This document shows positions 37,981-49,984 of a DNA stretch of 64,000 nucleotides, in pieces. The notes under the pieces are model-generated. The model did no database searches. It saw only the letters and a list, made by a program, of their open reading frames with translations, and had not been told where the DNA came from. The position numbers and the translations under genes are program-made. This stretch comes from Camelus dromedarius (Eukaryota): the NCBI RefSeq assembly GCF_036321535.1, contig NC_087436.1, positions 115,880,001 to 115,944,000 on the forward strand, in the 5' to 3' direction. Position 1 is the first letter of the stretch, and each line of letters opens with the position of its first letter.

Positions 37981-38210
37981 CAGGAGTCCGCAAATGGCAA
38001 CCTGCAGACTCAACCCAGTTGGCCCCTTGCTTTTGCTCATAAAGTTTCCAAGGAACACAGTCCACTCACTCGTTCACATGCCATCAGTGGCTGCTTTCAT
38101 GCTATAATAGCAGAGCTGAGTAGTTGCAACAGAGACTAAACGGCCTGCAAAGCCTAAATTATTAACTATCTGACTTATTATGAACAACAACAAAAAAATG
38201 CCAATCCATG
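37981..38210. mobile_element. MER58A-like hAT-Charlie MITE inserted in an antisense MIR
   Basis: TIRs caggagtccgcaaa / aatgccaatccatg; ggctgctttcatgctataatagcagagctgagtagttgcaacagagac; 8-bp TSD gtctagaa / atctagga (NTCTAGAN target). Confidence 0.9.
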
Positions 38211-38715
38211 ATCTAGGACGAAAGTTTCCTAACTCTGAGTTCAATTCATCTTTCTGTAAATGGTGCTGTATGAACCCGTTTCGTGTTTGTTAATCTCGAC
38301 CCCTCGCTAGAGGATTGAGTTCTCAAGGGAGGAGCTGTATTTTAAGTGCTGCATCCTGGGAAAAGGGAGGCATATCCTAGCCATTCACTGTCTTGCTTTG
38401 CTTTAAACCAAAAAGAAAGAAATGGGGCAATGTAAGTTATTGATGTCTGTATAAACCTAATGGTTAATCCAGATATTCACTCACATTCTTTCCTTCTTCA
38501 TCCAAATTACATCATCAACCCTGAGAGAGGAGGGCCAGTCTGTATTTCTCTGGAGATAATGACAGATGAAGTTTCTTAAATCAGTGCTTTATTTCATTTG
38601 GGGCACTATTTCTCAGCGATGCAGAAGAAAGAAGACTGAAATGGAAAGTTACAGGTAAAACCTTCCTGGGTTTATCGTTAATTCTTTTATTCTTTTATAA
38701 ATCATTACAAAATAG

Positions 38716-39176
38716 TGTTCCAACTGTCTACTGTTGTATAATAAATATCCCCAAAACTTAAAGCTTAAAACAGCAGTTATCTTTCTTTAATTATTCATAA
38801 TTCTAGGATTTGACGAGGCTCAGCTGAGTGGTTCTGGCCTCTCACGTGGCTGCAGCTAGACAGTGGGCAGGACAGGAGTTGTACCAAAGGCTTCCTCACT
38901 CACGTGGCTGGTGGTGGGTGCTGGCCGGTGGTTGGAGTCAGAGCTGGGACTGTCTGCTGGGGCACCTGCCCTTGGCCTTGCTGTGTACCCTGGGCTTCCT
39001 TGCAGCACGCTGCATGAGTTCCAGGAGCGACAAGCCCCAGAGCAGGAAGCTGACGTGACCACATAGAGCCTGGGCCTGAAAACTGGCCGAGGGTGCCTTT
39101 TGCTGACCTCTGTTCCAAGAGCTGCCACAGAACCCTGTTCAGTCAAATACGTCAGTCTTTATTTAAAACCACCACA
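38716..39176 (-). mobile_element. MaLR MLT1H-like LTR (3' LTR of the remnant)
   Basis: ccccaaaacttaaagcttaaaacagca...gcctgggcctgaaaactggc...ttaaaaccaccaca. Confidence 0.8.
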
Positions 39177-39244
39177 GTCTGTTATCCAACCTCCATTATG
39201 GACCTTACTTCAAAATTCAAAATACATTCATTCACTCACTCCCA

Positions 39245-39930
39245 AGCTCTAGTAGTTTTTGTGTGGGCCTTTTAGGGTTTTCTATATATAGTAACATGTC
39301 GTCAGCATATAGTGACACTTTTGCCTCTTCTTTTCCAATTTGGATCCCTTTTATTTCTGTCTCTTGCCTGATTGCTGTGGCCAGGACTTCCAAGACTATG
39401 TTGAATAGGAGTGGTGATAGTGGGCATCCTTGTCTTGTCCCAGATTTTAGTGGGAAGCTTTTGAGTTTTTCACCATTGAGTGCTATGCTGGCTGTAGGTA
39501 TGTCATATATAGCTTTTATGATGTTGAGATATGTTCCCTCTATACCCACTTTGGCGAGAGTTTTTATCATAAATGGGTGTTGAATTTTATCAAATGCTTT
39601 TTCTGCATCGATTGAGATGATCATGTGGTTTTTGTCCTTTCTCTTGTTGATGTGATGTATTACATTGATTGATTTGCGTATGTTGAACCACTCTTGTGTC
39701 CCTGGGATGAACCCCACTTGGTCATGATGTATAATCTTTTTTATGTGTTGCTGGATTCTATTTGCTAATATTTTGGTGAGGATTTTGGCGTCTATGTTCA
39801 TGAGTTATATTGGCCTATAATTCTCTTTTTTGTAGTGTCTTTGCCTGGTTTTGGTATCAGGGTGATGGTGGCTTCATAGAATGAGTTTGGGAGTATTTCC
39901 TCCTTTTCAATCATCTGGAAGAGTTTGAGA
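39245..39930 (-). mobile_element. Young L1 ORF2 reverse-transcriptase fragment, truncated at both ends
   Basis: [31 protein letters not shown]...[12 protein letters not shown]...[13 protein letters not shown]...[18 protein letters not shown]...YADD; one in-frame stop. Confidence 0.97.
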
Positions 39931-40520
39931 TGATCTGAAGTCTGACTTGAATGGAAAGAATCTTCAAGGTGCTACCTTAAAATCCTTAGATGAGATCTTG
40001 TTTGTTTGAAGATTTTTATGAGACACTGCTTAGATGGTTCTCAGGTCATAGAACCTACCCACCCTGTATTTGGTCTTTGTCCAAAGCCATTCTTAATTTT
40101 AGACTCACTTGCTGTCTGGAGAGGCTGGGAGTGAGAGACAGCTTGAATTTGAAAAGCAGCAAGCCCTACTTCTTCATATTTAACTGTTTGTTTTTTGGCT
40201 CATTTCTCTCCTCACATTTTACCAACACACTGACTGAAAATCTTTTGAGATCATCCATTACGTTTCTTAATGAATATATTGCCACAAGTGCTGGTGTTAT
40301 CAGATTTTCCGCCGCTACACGAGTTCTCTTTCCTCCAGCTTCTAAAAACATTACTCTTACTTTTTTTCTAAGCCCTTACAGAAGACATCTTGAGATATTT
40401 GAGGCTTTTACTAGAAGTCTCCTCAAGGTCCTTCTAGCTTCTTCTCACTGCTTAGTCCCAAGACTAACCACCACACTTTAAAAATTAGAGCATCGCTGCA
40501 CTTCTGATACTAAAATCTAT
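39931..40520 (-). mobile_element. MaLR internal (MLT1-int) remnant; its other end lies at 39177-39244
   Basis: ctcctcaaggtccttctagctt...cacttctgatactaaaatct resembles the antisense int 5' end; caaaatacattca...ctcccaag resembles the int 3' end. Confidence 0.65.
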
Positions 40521-40594
40521 TTAAAATGTATATTTATTTGCTTTTCTAGGGCAGCAACTTTGTCTATAGAGCTGCCCCAAGAGATGAAGCTGTC

Positions 40595-41055
40595 ATATCC
40601 CCTCCAATAGTACTGTAAATATATATATATTCATAACAAAATCTGTGGCTTAAAAAAGATGACCATGTTTTTCTTAGCTCTCAGAGCTCTGTATGTTGAC
40701 TATACTCAGCTATGTACACACTATGCAGGACTCCCCATATTGACTGGGAAGTTCTTACTGGGCATCTCTCAGATGGCTGTAGTCGGATGGTATCTGTATT
40801 TCAGGTCCTTGCAAAGACCGCCACACTCACACGCCCCGTGGCTGATGTAGCCTGGCAGCTGGGACTTCAGCTGGAGCGGATAGCTGGATCACAGCCTCGC
40901 CGTGCAGCTTGGGCTTCCTTCTGGCATGGCTGAGTTCTAACAGCAAGTGTCCCAAGAAGCAGGAAGAGGAAGGTGCCTTTTCCTGAGGCTCAGAGCCTAG
41001 AAACTGTCACAGAAGGCGCACAGCTCCCCCTTCAAAGAATTTGCGGACTGCTTGT
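40595..41055 (-). mobile_element. MaLR MLT1H-like LTR (5' LTR of the remnant)
   Basis: gtggcttaaaa...gctgggacttcagctggag...gcttgggcttcc...gcctagaaactgtcaca...aaagaatttgcgg; collinear with 38716-39176. Confidence 0.75.
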
Positions 41056-41169
41056 TTTTGTTTTTTTTAACTTTTGCAAGTTCCTGCTATTTTCTAGACA
41101 CGAGGTTATGCACTTTAAGTCCTTACGATAATGAATATGCCGTGCTGCATTTTGTTGGGGAGATCACAG

Positions 41170-41831
41170 TCTGGGTCGGCTTTACCCTGTATTGACTTAA
41201 TTAAGCTGGGTCTTTCCAGAATTCTCTTCTCCGTATGAACCAGATTAAAGTTTAACACAAGAAAAAAAAAAAAATAAGCATGGCTTGGAATGTAGAAGTG
41301 AAATCACCATTATTAGTTTCCAAATGTTGGTTTAAGATGACACAAACCACTGCAGCATTTGCGATATGCTAACTTAATTGCTAGCAGGGGACAAAACTAG
41401 CAGCTTAATTTTCTGCTAAAATTGCAGCTCCTCCACCTCCTGCTGGATTTCTACTTTCAGCTTTTTCAAGCCTTAAACCAGGTGAGCCTCCAGCCTTGTG
41501 ACAAAGGACCGCGGTTTCTCTGCAGGTCACCCACATTGTTGAAATTGGAGGCAGTGACTGATGTAGATTCCCATTCATTTTTATGGATTCCGGTTTTCTT
41601 TACAGCTTTCCGCTTATCTAGCTAGTTTTAATTTTACGTCCAGCTTTTTTCTTGACTGCTGGCCTTGCCGACCTCAGCGACTTTCCGTCTTACTGCCAGG
41701 TGTTGAGGCAGCTGTCTTCCTTAGACCTCATTGCCACCTCCCACAATTATCTATGGCTTGACCCCTGTGTTATGTCCTTTTTCCTATTACTCGTGGTGGG
41801 CCTGCTTCCCTGACAGAACCCAAGTGAATGC
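41170..41831 (+). mobile_element. ERVL LTR41-like solo LTR
   Basis: aagctgggtctttccagaattctcttc...cccacaatt...ctgcttccctgacagaacccaagtgaatgca. Confidence 0.7.
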
Positions 41832-42577
41832 AGGCAGAGCATGATGAGTTAATTATCTCGCTTATAATACAGAATAGTACCATGTAAAGGTATGCGAGAG
41901 AGTGACCAGAGAACGAATAAAGCTTTCACAGGTGTCTTTGTACCTGGGTCCTTCAGTTAATAAATATATTTTCACAACGTGGAAAGGACAGTGTTGGTGC
42001 TCTTGGCAGAACAAACAGAATGGACTCCTCTGCCTTTGAAGTACTGACTTTCGGGGCATCGCTCCTGTTCGCGGTAGCTGGTGTTTCCTCAGTCACACGC
42101 CTTGGCAGCCACAAGGTTTTCCCTGTTTGCCCTGTTCATGAACTTCCCATCTGGTTGAAAAGCTCTGGAATCCATGACACCTTACTCACAGGCCCTCCTT
42201 TTGATTTTTTTTTTCCAGGAGTCTCTAAGGAGAGCTGCTGTTTATTTTCAGCCATGACAAGGCCAGGATGGAGATTCTTAATAACTTCCTCGTTACCCCC
42301 GAGCTGGCACTTCGTGGCTCCACTGGATTCCTCCATTTGTAGTGCCTTCCCAGAACTTCAGGCACACCCATGACAAATGTGTGTATCTTTAAAAAGCATT
42401 TTCTCAAAGGGAGCATCAATCATTTCTCAAGCCAAAGATAGACTCTTGCTGTTCTGGGAAGAGTTATATATGAAAATGCAATCCCTGAGTTAGACTCCAT
42501 TATGTTACAACTGAAATGCTGGAAAGTGAGCACCAAATATAACTTCCATGAGTCCCAATTTCCCCGGCTGTAAAATA

Positions 42578-42727
42578 CACTCATTCCTTGATATTCATGG
42601 GATAAGGTTCCAGGATCCCTGCAGATGCCAAAATCCACAGAGGCTCAAGCCCCTAATATAAAATGGCTAGCACAGTCAGCACTCCGTGTCTGTGGGCTCC
42701 CCAGCTGCAGACACGGAGGGCCAACTG
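42578..42727. mobile_element. MER2-like TcMar-Tigger MITE inserted in a MIR
   Basis: ggttccaggatccctgcagatgccaaaatccacagaggctcaag...ggagggccaactg; flanked by ta and tg. Confidence 0.85.
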
Positions 42728-43774
42728 TGCATCTTGTCATCTTTAAGATGTGTGGTTGGGGCTGCCTTTGGTGGTGTTAGTTGAATGATGAATACTATGT
42801 ATCGTTTTGTTCAGAGCCAGCCTTTGTCCCCGACCATTAATGTTAGGAGGTAAGAAGACTTGGCACTGTAGAGATCTAGGATTCACTGTTCAGCCCCAGA
42901 TTGTATTGTCTTGCAGTGTGGTTGAAGACTGGAAATGAGGTACACATGGGACCTCAGCAGTATCTGGCACATTATGGATGCTCTTTATTAAGTTAGGAGT
43001 TTAATAAGATGCAGTGTGAGGCTGGGGTGACGCTAAGATGGTAGCAGGTGTTAGTCCAGGGGACACAGGGATGCTCATGTCCCCCCTTGGTCAGTCACTT
43101 CTACTCCCTGCGAGGTCAGCAGGGAGACCACAAAGGCAAGTCAAAGGCAGGGAAACACTTTACTAATAGTAAAGTGCTGGGTCTTTGTCTCAAGCAGCTT
43201 TGATTAGAGTGAGTTTGAATGGGCACCTCGTTCTTTCTAGTTTAAAACTGGAGTGGCTTTCTTCCCCCTAAACTCAAACCTGTGTCTTAGAACTCACCAT
43301 TCAAATTATGGTAAAAAAAAGTTTTGCTGTGCAGAGAAGAAAATAAATAAATAAATACAGAGAGGGAGGCAGCCTGAGAGAGTGTATTTGTGGCAGTGTC
43401 TCCGTCCAGACTGGTCTACACCTTCCCACAGAACAAGGAGCAACCTGAACCCAGCATTCACTTACAAGAACAGAGAATGTCTGCAAAGACAGAAAACCTG
43501 ACATGCCTAGAACCCTGACGTTATGACCTCTCTACCCACATGGAAACAAAATTTCAAAGAAACACCATGCTTAGATGTATTCCAATTTATATCAACTTTG
43601 AAGCTATACCCTTAGGAAAATGAGGCTCATTCAGAAGATTTAATTTTAAGAAACTGCCCCCTAAGGGACCAGGAGAATAGTGGAATTTATGCCTTTACCC
43701 ATGAATTGTCAATAGTATCTCATGAGTATATTCACTCAATGTTTACTTTTATTTTATTTTTTTTCCTGGTGAAA

Positions 43775-43920
43775 CAGACTGTGGCCCTTTGCTGTTAATC
43801 CCAGTTCTGATAGCTGTGTGACCTTGAATGTCGCTTCTTTCTGGTACTCAATTTTCACATCCTTAATAGAGGAGGCGGACCAGATTATTTCTAAAGTCCT
43901 CTTCAGCTGTAACATCATAG
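43775..43920 (+). mobile_element. MIR3-like SINE
   Basis: tagctgtgtgaccttga...ggaccagattatttctaaagtcctcttcagct. Confidence 0.75.
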
Positions 43921-44967
43921 TAGATAACCTAGTTACCTAAGTTTCTTTAAACTACTTAAGGGAAAATTTCAAGTGCAGTTTTATTCTTTAGGAAGCGATT
44001 CTGCATCCCCCTTTTAGTCAAAAAATCTCTGCTGCGTGGATTTATTTTAAAAGACAAAATCTTGGTGATTTTGCTAAAGCTAAAAATAGTCTTGGAAAAA
44101 AATAAGGAGACAGTCACGTTGTTTATAAATAGCAAGCCTTCAACTCTGGGGCTTGTTCGGTCAGAAAGAACAGCTTAAATTGAAATGCAGAATCAAAATA
44201 AACCTATTTAACTGGTTTGGCAAGAGTCCAGGTGCAAGATTTAGAACTCTTGAGTCAGCTAAAAGAATGATGCAGAGATAAAGAATTAAGAATTAGCTAA
44301 TGTGCTGGGAGCAGGATGATGTGTCTGCCTAAATAATGAACCATTTCATGGAGGAGGAGAGCAAGGCCTGGAGGAGACCGCTGTCTGGCCAGCAGTCGGA
44401 GATAGAAGGGGAGCGGGCTGGGTCAGAATCTACTTGTTATTTCTGCTTCTTTTTTTTCCCACTTCTTGCAGCCGTTCTGAGGCAATCACAAAGCTTTCTG
44501 CTTATGCAAAGATTTCCTTTTACTCAGTTGATACTAAGCATAAATGTGGGACTGAGAAGAAGGAGGAGCCAAGAGTGCAGAAGCATGCCTAGACGGAGGG
44601 ACCCCAAGGTCGCCAAGGACCATTGATGAATGAATTGATTCATAAAAGAATGTTTGGTAGAGACTACTTACTGCATACTCTGAAATGGATTTTAGGAGAA
44701 ACACTGCCCCTGGTTTCAGGGTATCTACACCCCAGTAAGACAAGATTATAGCTAATTAAATGTCAGAAATGAATAGTGTTTATGTCTGGGTAGTGGTATT
44801 TCATAAGTTTTTTTATTTTTTTGCTTTCTTAGATATGTAGGAATTACTAAGTATACGGTACAAATTCTCCAAAGACCAATTTATTCAAACTTCACGCCAT
44901 AAAGACATGATCCACTTAATGTATTTATTTATTTATTGTGAATTATTTGGTAGTATTTTTGACCTAA

Positions 44968-46780
44968 TTAATTTTCTTAGAGCAGTTTTAGATTTATAGA
45001 ACAATCAAATGGAAAGTACAGGGATTTCTCATATATCCCCTTACCACTATTGCCCCCAAACAGAGTTTTTTTTTGCGATAGCTTGGAACATTTGCTACAA
45101 TTGATGAGCTAATACTGAAAAGTTAGTATTAACTCAGGTCTATTGTCTACATTAGGGTTAACGGTGTTGTACATTCTATGGGTCTTGATAAATACACAGT
45201 GACATATATTTACCAGCGTACTGTCATATAGAATAGTCTCACTGCCCCAAACCCCACCCCCTGACCGTGTTCCACCTGTTTATCTGTCTTACCTTCCCTT
45301 TTCCCAGGCCCTAGTCACCACTTTTGACCGTCTTTATAGTTTTGTCTTTTCCAGAACGTCATATACTTGAAATCATATAGCATGGAGGGTGCTTTGCTGG
45401 ATTGGCTACTGTCACTTAGCAATGGGCACTGGAGCTTCCTCCATGTCTTTTCATGACTTGATAGCTTATCTCTTTTTATCTTTGAATAATATCCCATGGT
45501 ATGGATGTACCACAGTTTATCTATTCACCTATTTAACAACATCTTAGCTGCCTCCAAGTTTTGGCAATTACGAATTGAGCCGCTCTAAATGTTTGTATGC
45601 AGGCTTTTGTGTGGACATAAATTTTCAGTTCATTTGAGTAAGTAGCGTAAAGCACAATTGCTGAATTCCACAGTAAAACTACACTTAGTTTTGTAATAAA
45701 TCGCCAAACTGTCTTCCAAAGTGGCTGTGCCATTTTTCTTTCTCACCAACAGTGGATGAGAGTTCCTCTTACCCTGAATCCTTGCCAGCATTTGATGCTG
45801 TCAGTATTTTGGTTGTTAGCCATCCTGATAGGTGTGTTACTGTTGTTTTAATTTGCAATTTCCTGAGGACATTTAATGTTGAACATTTTTCGTGTGCTTA
45901 TTTCATCTATGTATCTTCTTTTATGAGCTGGCCAGATCTTTTTTCCTATTTGTAATGGATTGTCCATTTTCTTATTGTTGTGTTCTAAGAGTTTTTTTTT
46001 TTTTTTGTATAGTTTGTATATCAGTCCTTTATAACATATGTGTTTCAAAGAGTTTCAAAGATCTTTTTCTCCAATTTGTAGACTTTTTATTCTCTTAGCA
46101 GTGTCTTTGGCAGAATAGAGGTTTTTAATTTTAATAAAATCAAATGTATGGATCATGTTTTTGGTATTGTATCTAAAATATCATCCACAAACCCAAGTCC
46201 ATCTGTATTTTCTCTTATGTTATCTCCTGGGAGCTTTACGGTTTCACCTTTTAAATTTGAGTCTATGACCAACTTTGAATTAATTTTTGTGAAGAGTGTG
46301 AAGTCTGTGTCTAGATTCATTTTTCGGATGTCCAGTTGTTCCACTGCCATTTGTTGAAAAGACTATCTTTTCTCTCTTAAATAGTCTTTGCTTCTTTGTC
46401 AATGGTCAATTGACTACACTTGTTTGGGTCTATTTTAGGGCTTTCTATTTCCATTGATTTATTTGTCTGTTTTTGCCAGTATCACACTGCCTTGATTACT
46501 GTAGCTTTACAGGGAGTCTTGAAGTTGGTGATACCAGTTTCATGACTTTGTTCTTCAATACAGTGCTGGTTATTCTAGGTCTTTTGTCTCTCCATATAAA
46601 CTTTAAAATCGAATTATTGATATCTACAAAGTAACTTGCTTTTTTTTTTTAATTGGGATTTTGTGAAATCTATGGATCAAGTTGGGAAAAATGGACATTT
46701 TGACAATATTGAGTCTTCCAGTCCATGTATATATGGACCGTCTCTCCCTTTATTTGGATCTTCCTTGACATGATTCATTT
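44968..46780 (-). mobile_element. L1MC-like element: 3' UTR and ORF2 C-terminal region
   Basis: ORFs 45533-45733 (AQPLWKTVWRF) and 46153-46350 (KMNLDTDFTLFTKINSK); antisense L1MC 3' end ttagagcagttttag. Confidence 0.93.
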
Positions 46781-48109
46781 CTCAGACCTAAAGATAAATG
46801 TTGCATCTCTAGATCGCATTTTACATTTGTGGTACACGTACACACGTGCATGATCCTCACTGAAATTATTGAAAAACAAAAAGAAAGACAGAGCAAGGTA
46901 GTAAGTGCTAATAATGGAAATGTACATAAAAAATCATAAGGGTACAAGGTCAGACCAGATTAATTCTGTGATGAGTTAATGGAAGAAACACTAGCTTTCT
47001 CAAAATGATGGTGGATGAGACGTTCATCAACTAGAGAATTATGGGAGGACCGTTCTAGACCAGATTTGTGTGTGTTTGTGTGTATGTGTGTGTCCAGGAT
47101 GAGCGACTACTCAAAGGCATTCTGGAGTCATGAAATATTGGAGGGGTTATAAGACAGAGATACCACATTTGTTGAAGAGACTTAGATAATCTAAAGGAAG
47201 AAAATCCTCCAACAATGGAAACACAAGGTGCATGGGGGCAGAGTTAACAAAATGTCACATTTGTATAAGGACTGAAAAGAAGACCAGTTTGCTGTTGCGT
47301 AGGAGGGCAAGGGTCGGTATGGCAAAAAAGTAGGAGTGGATACTGGCTTCTTCTGCAGGCTGTAGACCTATTCCTGGCCCATTTTTTTGCATTGTTGTCC
47401 CTCCAAAAATATCTCAAGATGGTATCCCTCAGACAATTCACTATTTTGCTCACTCAGCCATTAACTCTGTAGAGGATATTACACTCTGGGTACACTTTCC
47501 TAGATGCTGGGGCATACAGATGTGAGCAAGACAGTGGAAATCTCTCCCCTAAAGCACTTCATACTGTTCCCATCATCAGCCAGCTGCCTCAAATTATCCG
47601 ATTCCACACTGTGCCTCCTTAAATGCTTTTGTCCTCTTGTTTGTTTCAATGAGCTATTCAGATTTCCATCTCTTGTTTATGTACCTAAACATTTCTTTAA
47701 CTATACCCCATCCTTTTTCACTCCTTTGCTTTTAGCTCTTAATTCAGTATTTTGATTCAAGAACATCTGAAACATCCTTTTCCATCCTTAGCACCATGAA
47801 GCGAAGCATTGAGGTTCCTTTCCTCACGCCAGAGTGGGGAATCTGGGTCAGGCTGCAGCATTCGTATTGTACGAATGCCACTAAAGTAATTTGAGGTGGC
47901 TTTTCTGCTTGTGAAGAAAAGCTAAAAATACTTCCTTTTCAGGAGGGGATGGGATGACGTGTCATGGGAAGAGTGGGGCTATTCTGTACATTGATTGCCT
48001 GAAGGAAAGAAGGCTTTTCCGGTTGGAAATGAGAACTGCTGAAAAAATCTAGGCAGATTCTGGGGCAGATGCTTCTCGATCCCAGCCTTCACATAGAAGG
48101 AAGGCTAGT

Positions 48110-48330
48110 AACGTTATCAAAGAAAGAGCCAGGCATTTTACATTCAGTATTTCCTTGAAGTCTTCAAGTTGCATGAAGATATAACTATTGTTATTTGTCA
48201 CTGAGGTTCAGGAACTTTATATAATTTCCCCAGGGTTACATGGCTCTTTATGGGCAGAGCTAGGGTTCAAACTCAGGTTTTTCCTCTATGATTTCAAGCT
48301 ATTGGCCTCTCTGTCCCCTCATATTACTTC
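48110..48330 (-). mobile_element. MIR
   Basis: actgaggttcagga...ccagggttacatggct...ggcagagctagggttcaaactcagg. Confidence 0.7.
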
Positions 48331-48388
48331 TCAAAAACGGCTGGGCAGCCAGAACTGAGCTTTTGGTTGAGTTTGCAAAGCAACACAT

Positions 48389-48831
48389 CGTAACAGGTTC
48401 TACTGGTGTCCTGCCCACCTCCCTTTGGTATTTATCATTCCAGTACTTGCCAGCAGGCACCTAGGACTCTCTACCTGTGGGCTTTTTATACCTTCACCTA
48501 AGACCAGAATACTGAAAGCTATGGCCCTGGCAGGACCCCGCAGTCATAGACAAACGGGAATTGAAGGACAAGAAGCCCATCGTCCTCAGCCCCCAGGCAG
48601 GATGACACTGTGGTATGTTCTGTCCTGCATCCTGGGGCTCCCTGGCAAGGCTGAGCTCAGGTGGTCCCCTGTGCTTCACAGCACACCTTTTATGTGGTTC
48701 CTCGTCCACCTTTCCTAACCTCTCTTCTCTCTACTAGTGCTTTCTGGGGTCACCTCCCAACCTCCCAAATAAATTCTTTCACTCCACGTCTCATGTCTGG
48801 AGTCACTTCTGGGTGAACTCAATTTAAAACA
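48389..48831 (+). mobile_element. ERVL LTR33-like solo LTR
   Basis: gtgctttctggggtcacctccca...aaataaa...cttctgggtgaactcaatttaaaaca. Confidence 0.75.
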
Positions 48832-49649
48832 CTCCTTTCCCCTTAGAAATAACAAATTCAGGGGAAGAGAGGTTGGGTAGTGTCTTTGAAATGACAGGTA
48901 TCTCTGTCTTTAAGGGTGAGTGTCTCATGGTATCTTGAGTTTTTCTTTCTCATTGCTTTTCTTTAGGATCAGTATCCTTTTGGCAACATTGAATCTTTCC
49001 TCAGTTGTATCAAAGGAAATAAAATCTAAAAAATAGTTGAGACAGTGCTAAGATCAGGAATAAAAGAATAAAAGGCTAACTGTGTCCCCAAAAGCCTCCA
49101 GGCTATGACCCTGAGTCAGACTGGACTGACAGAATAGAACCCCTGAAGAAGGACCCAGGTGAAGGGACCACAGGGAGGCTGGACTTGCCAGCATGCTCTT
49201 TACTGTGCTCTGGTTCAAAGGTGGGAACATCTGGAAGAGAGCCAAGAATTTGCTTCTCAGTACATCTTCACAGATGATGTGAGAAATGACCCCCACCCAC
49301 CCCCAGAATTTGGCCTGTAGCTTCTGTTATCCGCAGTTACACACTTTCAATAGTTCTTTCATGTGTGTGTTTTCTAGGAGGAATATTTATTGGAAAGTGG
49401 GAAATGGACTATCAGTCATGATATTAAAATCAGCTACCATCTTAACCTGGATAATTAGTGTGACATAGAAGTCCAGGTTTCCAGCAGGTCTGAAACATCT
49501 GTCCAGAATTAGCAAGGCTTTTGTGTCCGGGTTGGGGTTAGGGTAGAGTCTTAACACTTGGAAAGCAAAATGGCTGGAACTTGGACAGAAGACCCTGGAT
49601 GCAGTCTGTCTAATGGAGAGGTGATAACGTTAGCACTTGCCCCACTGAG

Positions 49650-49984
49650 AGAGGTGAACAAGCAGAGCACAGAGGACTTTTAAGGCAGTGAAAATATTCT
49701 GTAGGATTTTACAGTGGTGGATATATGTCATTACACATTTGTTAAAACCCACAGAATGTGCACCACCAAGAGTGAACCCTATGGAAAACTATGGACTTCG
49801 GGGGAACTATGATGTGTCAATATAGGTTCATTCTTGGTAAAAAAAAAAATGTACCACTCTGGTGAGAGATGTTGAGAATGGGGGAGGCCATGCACACATA
49901 GAGGTAGGGATAATACTAGAGATTTCTGTACCTTTCTCTCAATTTTATCATAAACCTAAAACTGCTCTAAACAAAGTCTTAAAA
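49650..49984 (+). mobile_element. L1MC1-like 3' UTR end
   Basis: cagagcacagaggacttttaaggcagtgaaa...aaacctaaaactgctctaaa. Confidence 0.9.

Noticed and set aside
39232..39801. 189-aa RT ORF with YADD as a retron, DGR or domesticated RT gene
   Set aside because: It is plainly L1 ORF2, truncated at both ends with an in-frame stop just upstream and no accessory RNA or partner gene.
39990..40481. 163-aa ORF as a novel gene
   Set aside because: It lies antisense within MaLR internal sequence, with no recognisable domain or splice context.
43156..43176. Perfect hairpin cactttact-aat-agtaaagtg
   Set aside because: A 9-bp stem is expected by chance about once or more in 64 kb of AT-rich DNA, and it has no supporting context.
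44968..49984. Inverted L1MC 3' ends as a dsRNA-forming pair
   Set aside because: They are old, diverged and more than 4 kb apart, a common arrangement.
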